A DNA stretch of 37,263 nt from a virus (lineage: Duplodnaviria; Caudoviricetes): positions 1-37,263 of the IMG/VR virus record IMGVR_UViG_3300029179_000013; one strand, 5' to 3'. Positions 35,608-37,263 of this stretch are shown here, piece after piece. Numbering within the stretch: position 1 is the stretch's first letter; the number at the start of each line of letters is the position of its first letter. The position numbers and the translations under genes are program-made. The notes beneath the pieces were generated by a model. That model did no database searches and was not told the origin of the DNA. It worked only from the letters and a program-made list of their open reading frames with translations.

Positions 35608-37190
35608 CTCTGCCTCATTGGAACGACGTTTCCTGACTGGACTTCTTTCATGAGTTGGTCTTGTGGCATGACGGAAGCGCCACGCATCTTTTCCATGATA
35701 GCAAGTTGTTGAGATGGGCGCAGCCCTTGTTGCGCTTCCTCTTGAGAGATTTTGAATTGGTCGATATCGGAGACGCCCATAGAACGGATAGCTTCTTCCA
35801 CGATACGGCCGGTGTTGTATTCCATTTGGAGGCCAGCGCCATTGATGACTTCGAGCATGGTCATCCATGTTTCGGCGTTTCGTGTTGGTTCGACGGGCAG
35901 TGTACCATCGACTACGAGGTATTCTATGTCGCCCTGCATGTCTCCGATGTTGAAGTCGATGTAGCCATCTTTGACCATGGGGGCGAGGAGACCGGGGACT
36001 TGGTTCTCTGGTGCGCGGATAGAGCCTTCGAAGGAGACAGCGTCCTGAAGGTTTTGAATCATCATGTGGACAATGGGACGGACGGTTGTTGCGGACGCGA
36101 TGCGGGAGAGGACGCCAAGGCGTTGAGAGCCAAGTTGGGTAAGGCGTTGGATTTCGGTGGCGGAGCGGATGCCGTCCGCTGTGGGCATGCCTTGTTGTGC
36201 GTCAGAGGCTGCGGAGACGCGTTGCTTGAGGTCGCCAACGGCGGAGATGTCAGCCCAGTGGGATTGGGTGATGTCGGGAATGTTGGCGATGAAGAGGCCG
36301 TCGCCGGGTTTGACTCCGGGGAGGGTGCGGACAATGTTCCACGGGTTGCGGTCGATGAGGTCTGCAATGTTGATTTGGGTCGGGTCCGCGAAGATGAGGT
36401 TTTGGAGGGCCAGTTGGACGTTGTCAATGCGGGAGCGCAGCATCCATGTCGAGATGTCGTGCATCGGGAGCAAGAGGTCGTAAAGGGATTGAGAGTAGGT
36501 CTTGTGTGCGTCGTGGTACATGCCGCCGATGACGGTCGGGAACTGTTGGCCGTACGGGTTGAGCTGGCAGCGGATGACGACTTTTTCGTCAAGGACGGTC
36601 ATAACCATCCAGATTTGGTCGAGCGTTGGGACGCCAATCTCGTAGCCGTTTAGGCGTACCCATGTTTCGTCGACGATGCGTGCACGCTGGAGGGAAAAGT
36701 GCGTGCCGCGTGAAACGGAGTCGGTGTGCGATGGGTCAAGCGGGTCTATGTTGTGGCCGCGACCCTCGTCTTTGTAGAAAGAGTTGTGCGCGTCCCAACC
36801 AGACCCTTGGCCTGAGCCAGAAGTCATGGATTGGCGAAGGGCGGGATACTTCGCCATCTTGGGGTACTGGCCGGAGGCCAAGAGAGCGGAAGTGGAGCAG
36901 TAGTCCACGAAGGAGATGAAGGACATACGCTCCCAGTCTCCCCACTGAATGCGGGGGTCTGGGAATGCACGGCGCGGGTCAAAGTTTGTGATGATGTTGG
37001 TGTTGCGTTTGGCGTCCCATGTTATTTTGGTGGGAGCGAAGCCGTAACGGATGGAGTCGAGAAACATCTGTGCCATCTTGGCTTCGCCGCCGGTACGGCG
37101 CATGTGCTGATGGAGGAGGCGTTCAAGGATGGCTGAGGGGGTGCGGGATTTGCGGTTAAGTCCTTCAAGTTGGAACATGGGATTGCGGCC
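35604..37190 (-). CDS. Portal protein, N-terminally incomplete
   Basis: DSIRYGFAPTK, FPDPR, RSRIDNVQLALQ, RSATEIQRLTQ, IEYLVVDGT are typical of podophage portals. No RBS precedes the ATG at 37178 and the frame stays open upstream. Confidence 0.85.
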   Translation of the reverse strand, partial: GRNPMFQLEGLNRKSRTPSAILERLLHQHMRRTGGEAKMAQMFLDSIRYGFAPTKITWDAKRNTNIITNFDPRRAFPDPRIQWGDWERMSFISFVDYCSTSALLASGQYPKMAKYPALRQSMTSGSGQGSGWDAHNSFYKDEGRGHNIDPLDPSHTDSVSRGTHFSLQRARIVDETWVRLNGYEIGVPTLDQIWMVMTVLDEKVVIRCQLNPYGQQFPTVIGGMYHDAHKTYSQSLYDLLLPMHDISTWMLRSRIDNVQLALQNLIFADPTQINIADLIDRNPWNIVRTLPGVKPGDGLFIANIPDITQSHWADISAVGDLKQRVSAASDAQQGMPTADGIRSATEIQRLTQLGSQRLGVLSRIASATTVRPIVHMMIQNLQDAVSFEGSIRAPENQVPGLLAPMVKDGYIDFNIGDMQGDIEYLVVDGTLPVEPTRNAETWMTMLEVINGAGLQMEYNTGRIVEEAIRSMGVSDIDQFKISQEEAQQGLRPSQQLAIMEKMRGASVMPQDQLMKEVQSGNVVPMRQR

Positions 37191-37263
37191 GGAAGCTTTG
37201 TCTTCGATGTATATGCCGCGAAGCCCTTTGCCACGCCATTTGGCATTTTCGACAATGAACTTT
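37188..37263 (-). CDS. Fragment resembling the terminase large-subunit nuclease domain, in frame with the portal
   Basis: Translates as KFIVENAKWRGKGLRGIYIEDKASG; IEDKASG is a characteristic TerL C-terminal RNase H-like motif. Confidence 0.65.

Noticed and set aside
35608-35868. N-terminal extension of the 181-aa ORF
   Set aside because: Lies inside the portal gene; the coupled ATG at 35607 with an RBS is the better start.
35655-36653. 332-aa plus-strand ORF
   Set aside because: Antisense shadow of the portal gene, explained by codon bias; no RBS or recognisable motifs.
1-37263. tRNA, rRNA, integrase, DGR or intron/intein elements
   Set aside because: No cloverleaf, reverse transcriptase, recombinase or splicing motifs were recognised, and there is little unexplained intergenic space.

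Overview
Most of the genome of a tailed dsDNA phage, podovirus-like in organisation (no tape measure or sheath gene; nozzle plus several internal ejection proteins). Overlapping Rz/Rz1 spanins indicate a Gram-negative host. Left part: a truncated HTH/Zn-finger gene, a structured G-tract-rich intergenic segment (candidate origin), a Prim-Pol/helicase on the minus strand, and a divergent plus-strand module (Sak4-like ATPase, SSB, Cas4-like nuclease, dNMP kinase). The remaining ~30 kb is a minus-strand late region: portal, fibre, holin-like and membrane genes, scaffold, major capsid, adaptor, nozzle, tail protein, ejection proteins (one with a lytic transglycosylase), a LamG-SGNH esterase spike, a 3561-aa polyvalent protein, a SAR endolysin and spanins. 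Most notable: (1) a three-copy cUACGg RNA hairpin with covarying stems in the scaffold and capsid leaders; (2) the giant protein carrying HExxH and degenerate ART-like domains; (3) a possible enzymatic head spike; (4) two fibre proteins sharing an N-terminal anchor; (5) artefact signals at both ends, namely a random-amplification primer at 1-17 and a terminase-to-portal in-frame junction at the right edge. All calls come from reading motifs by eye; no searches were run.
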